NCBI GenBank assembly: GCA_965178125.1
Contig: OZ237776.1
Coordinates: 62,001 to 126,000 of the forward strand
Direction: 5' to 3'
DNA: 64,000 nucleotides
From: Bilabrum cf. latius
Lineage: Eukaryota
Below, piece by piece: positions 20,210 to 32,100 of this stretch. The translations under genes were made by a program, and so were the position numbers. The notes beneath the pieces are model-generated. The model ran no database searches. It had not been told where the DNA came from and saw nothing but the letters and a program-made list of their open reading frames with translations. Positions within the stretch are counted from its first letter, which is position 1, and each line of letters opens with the position of its first letter.

Positions 20210-22090
20210 TCACGCGCGACCCCCCCCGCCACCTGGGTCCGCCTGTGGACCCTCCTGCATCCGCTCCACCGGTGGACCCTCCTGCTCCACCGGTGGACCC
20301 AACGGCTCTATCTCCCTGCCAGCCCCTCCCGCAGCGAGCCCCCAGCCCCATGACAGCACCAGCATCACCACCGCGAGAACGATGCAGGCCAGGCACAGGC
20401 GCAGGCGAAGCGGCAGACGGCCACATCGGCCCGACACGCGCACCGTCTCACGCAAGCAGCACGAACCGCACGACGCAAGGACACCGCACCACGATCCCGG
20501 CCCTGCTCCAGCACCCGCGCGATCTGGCGAGCCCGACCGACTCTCGCCGCTCGTCACACCAGCATCACTCGTCACACCGCCGAAGCACCCGGCGAACGAA
20601 TCACGCGCCGCCTCTGCCAGGGGTGCCGCCGCCCACCGAATCTCGGCGAGCAGCCCCTGCCCCTCGGGGTAGGACCCGTCCGCGGGCAGCTCACTCGTCA
20701 CACCAGCAAGGGGTCCTCCCGCCGGGGCTGCGACCAACGACCCGCCGGGCCCCGCGCTCGCTCCACTCATCACACCGCTGCCGCTGGACTCGGGCAGCTC
20801 CAGCACAGAGGCCCCCCCGGCCAGCCGTGCGGCCAGCGCACGGCTCTGAGGCGATGCCTGCCCCGATCGTGAAGATGAAGACAAGTCGCCGTCGCCACCT
20901 CCAGCGCCCCTTCCCCCCATAGGCAGAGGGGGCGGGGGTGGGGCCAGGAGTCCCGCCTGCGCCAGCCACCCATGCCCCGCAGAAGCAGCCCCTGCGGCCC
21001 AGCCCCACATCTGTGCGCCCACGTCTGCACCACCGTGCGATGCACCCTGTGTGGACCCGGCCTCTGCACCCCCCACGGTCCCATCCTCCCTTCTGGCACC
21101 TGCATGGTGCGCACTCGTCACACCGTTGTTCCCCATGACCTCCGCGATGCTCACGGTGCGAGGGGGTGCCTGCGTGGGCGTCTCCTCCTCGACCGCACGG
21201 ATCGCACTCGTCACACCCGATGCGCCGGGCCGGCGCGGCGCTGCGGTGGGTGTCCGAAGAGCGCCCCCCCCGGCTCGTGCGTGCTCCCAGGGGGGCGGCC
21301 GCACCGGCGACACTCCTGCACCAGCACCTGCATGCAGTGCACCTGCTTCGCTGGATTCCTGCTGCTGCTCACCCACCTGCACCTCTTCGCGAGAGAGCGT
21401 TCCGGCGCCGCGCACTATGTTCCGCACCCCAGCCGATGCCATGTCCCGCTCCAGGAGGGACAGCACATCTTCATCTTCAGTGTTTGCGCCGCCCCGCCGG
21501 TGGCTGCCAGGTGAGCCAATCGTGGGGCCGGCTGGGCTTACTCCACTCGTGGCGCGTGGGGACAGCAGGCTGAGAGCGTGTCTGTCGCCATTGCTCGCTC
21601 CTAGTAGAGATGCGCCTTGGGTGATGCTCGGTGCACTGCCGCTGTCGCTGACGGCGATGCCTTCTCCAGTGCCAGTGCGCGAGTGAGCCTGGGAGGCAGC
21701 GACAGGCTCACTTCCATGCTGCTCGGAGTGAATGGAAGGCAGCCTCGGCGGAAATTGCGGAGACCTCTGATACCCTGGATTCACTTCTACCGAATGGTCC
21801 CGCTCGGGAAGCCTAGACGGCGGGACTGACGGCGCAGGTGCTTGGCTGGACAGTCCGACGCCAGCTGGCAGAGCACTTTCCAGCTTTCGTTTGTCGTTGC
21901 GCTATCGAATTGCATCTCTCCTATCATCTTGATCTTTCTTTGCGCTCTCTTCTGCCTGCTATCGAAGCTTGTCCATGTCTGGAAGCAGCGACACACTCGA
22001 GAAATCCATGCCTTGCGTGAGCGATGAAAACCCAGAAAACCCAAATAGGGAGCCCCCGGCTTGGCCACCTGAATTTGGTTGGCCACTCAT
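20210..22090 (-). CDS. Uncharacterised low-complexity protein (~626 aa) with a short charged N-terminal helix and a C-terminal TM segment
   Basis: ORF 20210-21784 extends upstream in frame through TAGs at 21902 and 21959 to ATG 22090 (MSGQPNSGGQ...DKLR[TAG]QAEESAKKDQDDRRDAIR[TAG]RNDKRK). It ends at TGA and has the hydrophobic stretch LCLACIVLAVVMLVLSWGWGL. Confidence 0.7.
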
Positions 22091-22218
22091 GATCAGAAGA
22101 AGAAAATCACTCCAAATACGACCCGTAAGGCATACTTAGATGTGATCCGCTCGAAATCAAGTTGCGTGCAGATTCGATCGTGTAAATCCGTTCGGGTCTT
22201 TGTCAACATTTTACCAGC

Positions 22219-22960
22219 ATGGCAGCATCAAACGCGTCTCCAGCCGGTAGAGGACTAGCCAGTGCAGATGGTACTGGCCTTGGCATGTCGCTTGGTGCGA
22301 GCGGGGCGTTTGGAGCTTCGGGACCGGCTGGAAGCCCCCGCGCTGGTATCAAGCGAGAGTTGCAGCACCTTAGGGAAGAGGTAGGGCGCCAGGCAGACGT
22401 GATAGCACGCCATGAGAAAGAAATGGAATCTAGCGGATCGGATAGTGCAAAGTTGACAAGGGACGTGGACACAGCCTTGAAGGCAATGATTCGGTGAGGT
22501 GCAACTGCCGCGTATCTCTGCGATTCTACGGCTGTAATCGGATGATTGGACTCAGACTGCAGCATATCCGCCATCGGAAACATGCAACGCATGCAGGGTC
22601 GTTTGCCGTGTTGCTAGTATTTGATGGCATGGAGAGATGGGTTGGGTTAGGGTATGGCCAAGGCTGCGATGCCATGCCACCCACGGTTTCAAACCAGGCT
22701 CGAACTTGGCTTTTCTCGACGACACTATCGTATCAATCTTTACTCTCTCTGACAATGCTCTTCGCAGGGACTTGCGGGCAGAGTTTACCCAGAAAATCGC
22801 GATGCTCGCTTCGGAGGTCTCCACTCTGTAGAAACAAATCAACGTGATGAAGGGGGAATCGAACGTCCTCTCGCAGCAACAGAAAGACGTTAGTAAGCGA
22901 GTGACAGAGGTGGGGGATCAGCTCAGGGACCTCGCTGTGGAGGTGCTCGGAGACGACTGA
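22219..22960 (+). CDS. Small coiled-coil protein (~155 aa); exons 22219-22493 and 22768-22960
   Basis: GTGAG donor at 22494 and TTCGCAG acceptor ending at 22767 restore the frame (MIR-DLRAEFTQK). One in-frame TAG lies at 22829 within a heptad region (STL[TAG]KQINV); TGA at 22958. Confidence 0.7.
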
Positions 22961-23492
22961 CTGAGCACGGGTCTCTGGAGCCCGGCGCAGAGTCGGGTCT
23001 GTCGGGGCGTGGCCGGCGCGTGCAAACTGAATTGAATCCTTCCATTATGAATCGATCGGACTGAATGCACCCAGTAAACAATGCACCTGATCGGCATTTT
23101 GATGCACACTGCCCGGCGGGAAAGCGAGTGTGCAGCGCTGGATATGTGCAGAACGTGCCACGATGGTTTTGTCTGAAGAAAAACCAAACCCAACTCACCG
23201 ATTCAATTACTCACTGCATCCACAGCCAACCGTCCTTTAATCCCCCGCGAAAGCCTCATCATGCCACATGCTCGCCCAATTCCAGCGCTACACGCGCCTT
23301 GCCTGCCCTGCAACATCCACCATCCACCTCGCATGCTGGTACAACAGCACCATGCCGCATCGCTACCAGCGAAAACGAGACAAATTGCGAATAACGGATA
23401 TCCCACCTCGCCGCCCAGCGGCAGCCTCTGCGCTCCCCCCTAAAACGCCGGACGAAAATACTCAGCTCTCGCTGCTCGACTCGAGTCGCTCT

Positions 23493-24065
23493 TCAAGCGT
23501 CAACTCCGTACTCCTTGCGGTACTTCTCAACGGCAATTCGGCGCAAACGCTCATCAATCTTTCCTGTCGTCGGGTCTGTGCCGAGCGGTCTTCGGAAAAG
23601 CAAGATGTGAGGCTCGGGCCGATGGTAGGAGTAGTGCTCCCAGCCTCGGCTCTGTTGCACGCCAAGCGAGCGCCACTGGTCCTCAGTGAGCACTGCAGAT
23701 CGATCCGTGATAGACTTAGACAATTCCTTAGGGAGAATTACATGCCTGCAAAAGGCCAATAGTCGACAGAACGAGATTGGAAGGTTGGCTTGGTTCGAAC
23801 CGCACATTGCTCTCGATGCCTATCGGTCCGTTCCGCTTGCATCAACGGGACAATAACATGAGCAATTATGTGCATGCATTTGATCTGAACAGCATTTGGC
23901 GTTTGCCGTGTCGGCACAGAGCAAGCGATGGGACAATCACGATCCGCCCATCTGGCGCGAGCATCCTCCCTGCTCGCAGTCGATATCTTACCTGTACTCG
24001 TACTCATGGTCCATGTATTTCTCAGAGTATTCAATTCGGGATGCAATGTCATCATGAGCTGCCAT
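23493..24065 (-). CDS. CKS1: Cyclin-dependent kinase regulatory subunit (108 aa); exons 23992-24065 and 23493-23745
   Basis: IEYSEKYMDHEYEYR-HVILPK...LTEDQWRSLGVQQSRGWEHYSYHRPEPHILLFRRP; intron GTAAG...TTTTGCAG at 23746-23991; TGA stop. Confidence 0.96.
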
Positions 24066-24590
24066 GATCCGAATTTGCTCCTGATGTAGGCGTGCTTGTT
24101 GGTGGAGCTCCCCAACGGACGACGCATATGCAATGTAACGTGATATTCCAAAATATACCAGATCTGAAATGCAGATCTGCAAAGCATCACCAGCAACATA
24201 GTTTTTCGAGGTTTTCGAGATATAGAAGGCTCACTCAGCGATAATTTCTCGTGAGTATCATGCGAAGTTTGTATTACCTACTTTGACATAGTTATATACT
24301 AATTCAAATCTACATATAGAGGCTGAGAACGCATCTAGGTGGCCAATACCAGCTGTCCATTTTTTCTTGCGCTATTTTGATGCCTTTATTTGCATACATG
24401 GGGACCAATCTCGATCAAAACCACGCAGTACTGTTCGTTCTATCAGTCAGCTAGGTAGACTGCATCCACTAATCTCACAACACACTTTGTCTGTGGAATC
24501 GACCTCGAGAAGAACGATTCTCGAGAGGAATAGCCTTGCGAGCAGGATAGCGACTGGAGCTCGCGGCATCTGCACTAATTTAGATCAAAC

Positions 24591-26309
24591 ATGGCTGGAG
24601 CAGCTGCCATGGAAGCATATGGGTTGAGTGCGCCTGCACCAGCAGCCCCAGGAAGTAGCAGCACTGGCGGCGCCGCTGCACGCGGCAACCCTTCGACCGC
24701 GCCTGCCCTGCGGCCAAGCGCCGCTGCAGGCGGCACATCTGCAAGTGGTGGTACAACAGGCGGCTACAGGGCCGCCGTGGCCCGCGCTTCGGCACCGGCA
24801 CCCGCGCCAGCGGCGACGGGCGGTGCGGCTGCACGACGAGCGGCCCCGTCCGGGGCCACTGGCGGCAGCAGTGGAGGCAGCAGTGGCACTGGGCGGGGAG
24901 GATACGCCGGTGCTGCGGCTAGGGGCAGCGCAGCCGCCAGCAGGGGCAGCGCACCGGCTTCCGCGCCCGCACCGGCACCGGCACCCGCCTCGTCGGCGAG
25001 CGGCGCGGGAGCTGGATCCGGATCGGGTGCATCGCACGGTGGCGACTGGAAGGAGGGCCTGCGGCGCCCCGAGGCCGACGACCGGTTCCGCACGGCGGAC
25101 ATGACCGCCACCCGCGGCACCGATTTCGAGGACATGGGCTTGAAGGTGCCCCTCCTCAAGGGAATCTACGAGGCTGGGTACGACAAGCCCTCCCCCGTGC
25201 AGGAGGCAGTGGTGCCCAGCGCAATTACCGGGCGGAGCATCCTGGCCAGGGCCAAGAACGGCACGGGAAAGACCGGCTCCTACTCCATCCCGGTGCTGGA
25301 GATGGTGGACCCATCCCTCCCACACATCCAGGCGATCGTCATCGTCCCGGCTAGGGAGCTGGCACTGCAGACCTCGGCCGTGATCCGCCAGCTCGGCAAG
25401 CACATTGAAGGCCTATCTGTCATGGTGAGCACGGGGGGAACAGCGGTGCGAGAGGACCTAGCGCGGCTGTACAGGCCCGTGCACGTGCTGGTGGGCACCC
25501 CAGGGAGGATGCTGGACCTGGTAGAGAGGGGCAACGCGAAGCTGAACAAGGTCAAGATGGTGGTCCTCGACGAGGCGGACAAGCTCCTGGCTTCCGACAT
25601 GCTGGACGGCGTGGAGGAAATCATCAGGCACACTCCGGCGAGCCGTCAGATGCTCCTAGTCAGCGCCACCTTTCCCATGGAGGTCAAGACGTTCAAGGAC
25701 AAGTGGCTCATGCCAAAGGACAAGGCGGCCGGAGCTGGTGCGGGGGCCAAGGGTGCCAAGGGGCCCCGGGAGCCCCCTCTTGAGGTGAACCTGATGGAGG
25801 AGCTAACCCTGAGGGGAGTGTCGCAGTTCTACGCCTACGTGGAGGAGAGCTAGAAGGTGCTGTGCCTGCACACGCTCTTCCAGAAACTCGACGTGAACCA
25901 GAGCATCATCTTCTGCTCCACGGCCAAGAGGGTGGAGCTGCTGGCCCGGGCCATCATCCAGCGGGGGTACAGCTGCCTGTACATCCACTCTAGGATGGAG
26001 CAGACGGACAGGAACAAGGTCTTCCACGAGTTCAGGAGGGGAGCGACCAGGCACCTCGTGTGCTCGGACCTGTTCGGGCGCGGGATCGACATCCAGTCCG
26101 TGAACGTGGTCATCAACTTCGACTTCCCCTCCACCTCGGAGACCTACCTGCACCGCATCGGGCGATCGGGCAGGGGCGGGCACCTGGGTGTCGCCATCAA
26201 CCTCATCACCTGGGACGACCGCAAGGAGCTCTTCAAGACGGAGCAGGAGCTGGGCACGAGGATCGACCCCATCCCGGCGGAGATCGACAAGAAGCTCTAC
26301 TGCGCGTGA
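24591..26309 (+). CDS. DDX6: DEAD-box RNA helicase DDX6/Dhh1 (572 aa), one in-frame TAG at 25851
   Basis: [51 protein letters not shown][TAG][49 protein letters not shown]; ends TGA. Confidence 0.96.
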
Positions 26310-26863
26310 GGTGTGACGAGTGCGTTGGCGGGTGTATGTGTGACGAGTGTGTATGTGAGGGGATTCGTGTGCTGTAGTATCCCGGGTCGGGTGTTCTTCC
26401 ACCCGATCGCAGTGGATGTGTCTTGCGTGTGTATTTCGAGATGTAGAGTGGTGGGGAGGTACGGTGTGATGAGTGGAGTGGTGGGGAGGCGAGGCGTTTC
26501 TTTGTCCCGAGCTAGACTCTCCTTGATGTGCCCTGTGTTTGGGGCGAAAGGGAGAAGGAGAGGGGGGGGGGTGTGGAAGAGCTCGTGGCCGGGCGTGGGA
26601 GCTTGGGAGCGGTGTGGCGTGTCTGGAGCGGCGAGGTTTGACCGGTGCGGTGCGGTGTGACGAGTGAGGCGCGGTGTGCTTGGGAGCAGTGCGGTGAGGA
26701 GGAGCGGCGCGGTGAGGTGGGGAGGTGCGGTGTGGCGAGTGGCGTGGTGTGATGAGTGCGGCGTGGTGCGGGGGTGTGTCGGGGTGCGGAGGTGCGGTGC
26801 GGGTGGTGGCGTGGCGTGAAAGGGAAACAAAACACAAAAAACAAGCAAACAAACAAACAAACA
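26310..26863 (+). repeat. G/T-rich low-complexity region downstream of DDX6 (GCGGT/GTG-rich, carrying GTGTGACGAGTG copies) ending in an (AAAC)n tract
   Basis: Strong strand asymmetry and short imperfect repeats are visible directly; the overlapping ORFs are compositionally biased and show no recognisable motif. Confidence 0.7.
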
Positions 26864-27374
26864 TACCTTTAAACTCATCAGACAGACAGGATCCTAGACC
26901 TGCAAGTGGGCATTGGTCAGGCTTCAGCACGCATGTTCTATCTCCTCATGACTGCAATGCAGAGGGCTCCGGCTCCCGAAGGTGTGGGCTGCACCTGCAC
27001 CTGGCCAATGCCCGGTTGGAGGTCTAGATCCGGGATCAAATTCATCGTTGAGTTCTTGTATACGGACCTTTTGGGAAGACGCGTTAAGATGTCGAGCAGT
27101 GGTTGAGGGTGGATTCGTCGAATTCACTCGCGTGATGCACGGTATCGTTCGTCCGAAGAGGCAACCGACTGGGTGACACGGCAAGCACACCATCCATCCA
27201 TCCATCCAACCGCCCATTGATAGTCAAACGGGCACACCATGCAGCCGCTGATTGCCACGCTGCCGATCCCAAGGATGCCTCAAGTTTGGCCAACCCGAGG
27301 CCCAGTGTGGCACCAAACCACCAGTGCCATCTGTTCTGATCAGACCTGACCTGACCTGTTCGGATCGACTAGAC

Positions 27375-29065
27375 TCATCGTCCCCGCCCCCGCCCGCGCC
27401 CCCGGCCCCGTCCTCGCCCCGACCGGCCCCGCGACGACCCCGCCCCGCCGCTCGCCTTCTTCTCCTTCTTCTCGGGCTTGGGGGCCTCCATGGCCGGGCG
27501 CTTGGCGCGACCCACCGAACGTTCCATGACGGTTCCGTACTCCTCCAGCAGCTTGGAGGCGCTCGAGGGAACAAGATCCGGGTGGGACTCGGCCGTGGCT
27601 TTTGCGCCCGGGGTCTTGCGTTTCGATTCCGGGTACTCGGTGGTGGCGGCAGCGGCAGCCGGCGTCTTGCCGAGGCCCGCCCCCCGGGGGCCAGAGAACA
27701 ACCGAGCCCCCAGAACCCACGCGCACTGGGCGTCCTTGTTCCCTCCCGGAGGAATGGCGGGCTGCACCACGTCAGCGTGCGTCAGTAGGACCGGCACCGG
27801 TCGCACGGTATCGGTCTCTGCGTTGTACACCACGAATACCACGTCCGTGTCCCCCCCCGGCGCTCTCTGCCCCCTCGGCCCCGTGATGCATTCCCAGGTG
27901 TGCAGCACCACGTCAGCCACCTGTGTGAATGAGGTGGCATCTGTCCCCAGCAGAAAGTCCTCCCCCGCTCGCAGGCCGATCTGGTCCGCCACGGAGCCCT
28001 TCTGGACCGACTGCGGGTGTGACGAGTGGGCCGGAGCGTGTGACGAGTGAGTTGGAGTGTGCGACTATCGCTCCGTGCTTGGAAGGAGCGCGATGGCGGT
28101 ATACACGAGGAGGGGGGCAGGAGAGCAGGACCAGCGCCAGCGCCATCGCCATCGCCGGGTCGGGAGATTCTGACGCTGACACAAACTTGGATTTGCCAGG
28201 CTGTGCACGCAGTACAGTCTGCTTCACCATTTTCTTCAGGACATGTTCAGCCTGCCACCGCCATTCAGGCATGCGAGCGACAGAGTCTTGTCTCGTCTCA
28301 CCTCTACCTGCACGCAGCGGTCGAATGCCGGGTCACCACCCTTCCCGTTCGCAAAATAGAAATCGTACCGTGCTACCACACCTAAGAGTCCGTTGCCGCC
28401 CCACCCTCTCCTTGGGCGCACCGTGACAGCTGCGCCGCGAGGGCTTGAAGAGCTGGCAAGTAGTGCATGACTGAAATGTGCTCCAGTTGGAGGCACGCTC
28501 ATGCTCGATGAGCACCACGTGCATTAAACGACTCGAGAAATACAATGTTATAATAGTCTCTGGCTCCCGCATATAACTTGAGTCGCGCCCAGGTCGCAGC
28601 ATGAGGATACAAGCGATGGCGATACAGAGTCAACCGATCACCCTTCTCACTTCTTGTTTCACGCGTCTTCGCATTATATAGCTCAACCTTTGCATCCTTG
28701 CCCTCAAACTCTCTCATTACCGCTGCCAGTGTTCTCTTTTCTCCATCGAGTGTCTCCGAGCCAATGACAATACAGTAATCGAGGAATGGCACCATGCCGG
28801 CCTCCGCCGCAGGGGAGCCCTTGGCCACGTCAAGGACGCGATGGCCCCATTTTAGGTGTTTATTGTCGTCGTAAGTTGTGATAAGCTTATCCACCAGGTC
28901 TTCCATCCCGCAACAATTGATGATTGAAGCTGCTTGCTGGGAACCTGCGGAACCTGCATCATCATGGCCGCCATCTGATTGCGCGGCGTCGCATCCGACT
29001 TGAGCACTTCGCCGTCCGCGTATTCCATCGTCAACAGCGGTGATCTTGCTAGCGACTACACTCAT
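27375..29065 (-). CDS. GRASP55/65-like Golgi reassembly-stacking protein (tandem PDZ-like domains); exons 28651-29065, 28302-28429, 27375-28010; start may be ATG 28906
   Basis: WGHRVLDVAKGSPAAEAGMVPFLDYCI...VELYNAKTRETR-TVTVRPRRGWGGNGLLG...VQVE-SVQKGSVADQIGLRAGEDFLLG...VVYNAETDTVRPV. Two GTGAG...CAG introns keep the frame; TGA stop. Confidence 0.85.
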
Positions 29066-29104
29066 TATAGGAATCTCATAGGCCCATTAATCAATTGCAT
29101 TCGA

Positions 29105-32100
29105 ATGAGAGGTATTCCGATCCTGTGGCAGGCGGCGGCAGCATGCTTCATTTGCTCCCTTTTTTCTGGGCATGCATACGACTTAGGAGAAGGTAAGATC
29201 CGATTTAATGTATATTAGAGGTTTTCCATTGACTAAAATTGTCAAATTAGTCTCGTATGGCTTTTCCGTACTTGAATCAGGCGAAAAGGACGTCCCGCGA
29301 GCCAGTTCTGTTTCAACCTCACACAGATGTTCCCATCTGTTGGAAAACATCCAGACTCGACGACGGACGGACAGTAACTGAAAAACTAGCAACGTGTCCA
29401 TCAGGTAAGACCAGTACGTGCAATCCCTTCCCCTGTGCACCTCATCCGACTGCAAGTAGATGGGGCAGCTTCACATGATTCGTTTTGTTGCAAGCGAGCA
29501 ATCGAGGCGAAAAGTTGCGCTTGGATCTATGCATAACAAGTCAATTGTCTTAGTATGCTGCGTTAATATGAATTTGATCGAGCGTACGCTTAGTTTAACC
29601 GATGGCATCAGCAGGCAGTCACGGTCTGAGTGGAAGCACTTGTGTAACCCAAGCACATACACCCATAACTTAACTTCTACATGGAACATCACCATCGCAG
29701 GGCTGGACATGGAGTACACCAAGCCGCTGCCACCATCCTTCCAGGCACTGACCGAGCAATTCGCCGTGTACACGATGACGGTTGGACTGGATAACGTGAC
29801 CTCACAAACTACGAGCAGTGGGACCGTGGAAATTCCCCACGGGAACCTACACGCTTGCGTCAGCCGCATCGGCTTTTGCACCCCGTTTGTCGCCAACACG
29901 CCGGAGCTGTCCACACACAGCCCGGCGCTGATTGGCAACTTGAGCTCAGTCCCCGGGGCAACGCACGAAGTCATCCAGTTCAATTCGTCCGTGGCGTACG
30001 ATGAGGGCACATACACGGTCATCGCCCACGGAATAGTCTTTACGAACCAGAACAAATACAAGTACGACATCGCACGGGCCATCACGGTCACCGTGACGCC
30101 CGCCCTCGCCCTCGACTGCCGCCCTGCCCCGGGCCAGTACAAGACACCTGTAGATGGGGGAACACGGATGCAGTGCGTTGATTGCCCGAGGGACACTTTC
30201 AACCTGAACGCGGACGGGGTCTGCAGGCCATGCCCCGAGGGAGCGACTTGCGATGGCGGCACCGATCTAAAGGCCATCCGGGGCTACTGGCAGGATAGGA
30301 GCTTCGGGCCAGGGGGCGACTTTGCTATTTTCAGGAGGTGCTTTCCTGAGGATATGTGCTGGTGAGTCTGACGTGCACTGCATTGCACTGCACTGCGAGC
30401 ACCGATCGATCGGATTGCGATGGCAGCACCTCCCGGTGCCTCGAGCGACCGCCGCACGCATGGCGGGCAGGCATCCTTTGCTTGCCCCGTGCACTCGCCA
30501 CACATGCGAATCACCGTACCTCTCTCTCGTCACACACCCGCAGCCCCTCCGGTGGGTGTTCCCTACCCCTGACCACCGCGGGCCCCGCTGATCTGGAGCA
30601 GGCCCAGGCGGCGGGGAGGTACGATCCCGTGCCTTTAGTCGTCACACTAAACGCAACCGAGGCTGAGTTCCCGGGGGTCGTCGAAGCGTTCGACCGCGCT
30701 GCGGATGCGTACGACGCATTGTCAGATGACGTGGTGGTAGACTCCACCGTCGCGACCTACTCCAACTACTCACTGTCTGGATGGGTCTCCAGTGACGTGT
30801 GCAGGGAAGGGCACAGAGGACCACTCTGCGCCGAGTGCGAGGCCGGTTTGGCCATGTGGGGTGACGAGTGCCAGGAGTGTGGGGGAGGGGGCAACGCATG
30901 GCTGGCAGCTGCTGTGGTGCTTGCGATTGCGCTCCTCCTCATCCTCTTTGCTTTCCAGATCCCCGGGCACTCGTCACGATTCAAGACGATCGTGGATCTG
31001 ACCCAGCTGACCTTCTTCGTCCTGAATCCATGGAGCAGCCTGCGGAATACGCTGGAGCTGACCGTCGTGTCTGTCTCATCGATCTCGACCGTGTCGCCCT
31101 GCCCAGGGCAGGTGGACTCTCTGTACAACGCAATGGGCAGCTACATGGTCACTGCAGGGCTGCTGGGGGCGGTGGTGGCCGTGTGGGCCGTGTGGTTTGG
31201 AGTCACCGGCGCGTTATGCATGGCGGGCGCCAGTCAATCCAGCAGCAGCAGCAGCAGCAGCACGGGCAAAGTGGTCCCGGCGAGCCAATCCTCCGAGGGC
31301 AAAGGGGGCAATCAGCCGAGCATGGGATCGGATCAAGGATCGGATCAGAAGCAGGCCGAGCCTATGCAGCGCATTGCAGTGCAAGCATGGGCCTCCTTGC
31401 AATCCAACGAGAGCCCAAGCGCAGGTGCAGCGCACGATGGCGCATCGAACATCCACTCTCCGGAAGACGGCAAGGCAGCCCATGCCCAGCAACTGTGGCC
31501 CAATGGAAGCTCCGGGAGCGAGCGTGCGACGATCGCCGATGCGGCAGGCCGCCTTTCCGTGTGCGAGGCGCTGTCGGGGGAGCCGATGGAACGGCTCATC
31601 TCCGCTCTCATCCGTGTTACTCTGCTGATGTTCCCAGTGGTGTTCCGGGTTGGGCTGACCCTATCCGCATGCCAGCCGCTGGGTAACACGATGGTGCTGG
31701 TGGAGGAGCCCACGGTGCGCTGCGACACGGCCCAGCACAAGGCGCTGCAGGCCGGCACGGTGGCTTTCTCGCTGGTCCTGGCCATCACACTCGTCACACT
31801 CATGGCGTGGTACCTGCACGCGCGTTTGGCCACCCTGGACGCCGTGGTGGACCACGATTTCAACACTGGCAAGGCCGCGACAGAGGACATCTCGCAAGCA
31901 GACGCGATGTCAGTGACGTCGTTCTCCGCTCCTGGGGGAATAGGGGAAGGAGGGGACGCTGCCGCTGGGTCATCATCAAACACGCAGGACGTGATCAAGG
32001 AATCGGCCCGATTCGTGCGGGTCATGCAGCTGAATTCAGAGCTGTCGATTGTCCCAGTTCTCCTGCAAAAGATGCGTCTGGTCCAGAGCAGGAGCACAGT

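Noticed and set aside
23780-23810. Possible tRNA (GGTTCGAA T-loop-like word), checked as a candidate suppressor tRNA-Gln(CUA)
   Set aside because: No cloverleaf stems are apparent and it lies in the CKS1 intron. No tRNA was recognised in the window; tRNAscan-SE would be decisive.
25803-27027. His/Pro/Thr-rich ORFs over the DDX6 3' region
   Set aside because: They are translations of the G/T-skewed low-complexity tract.
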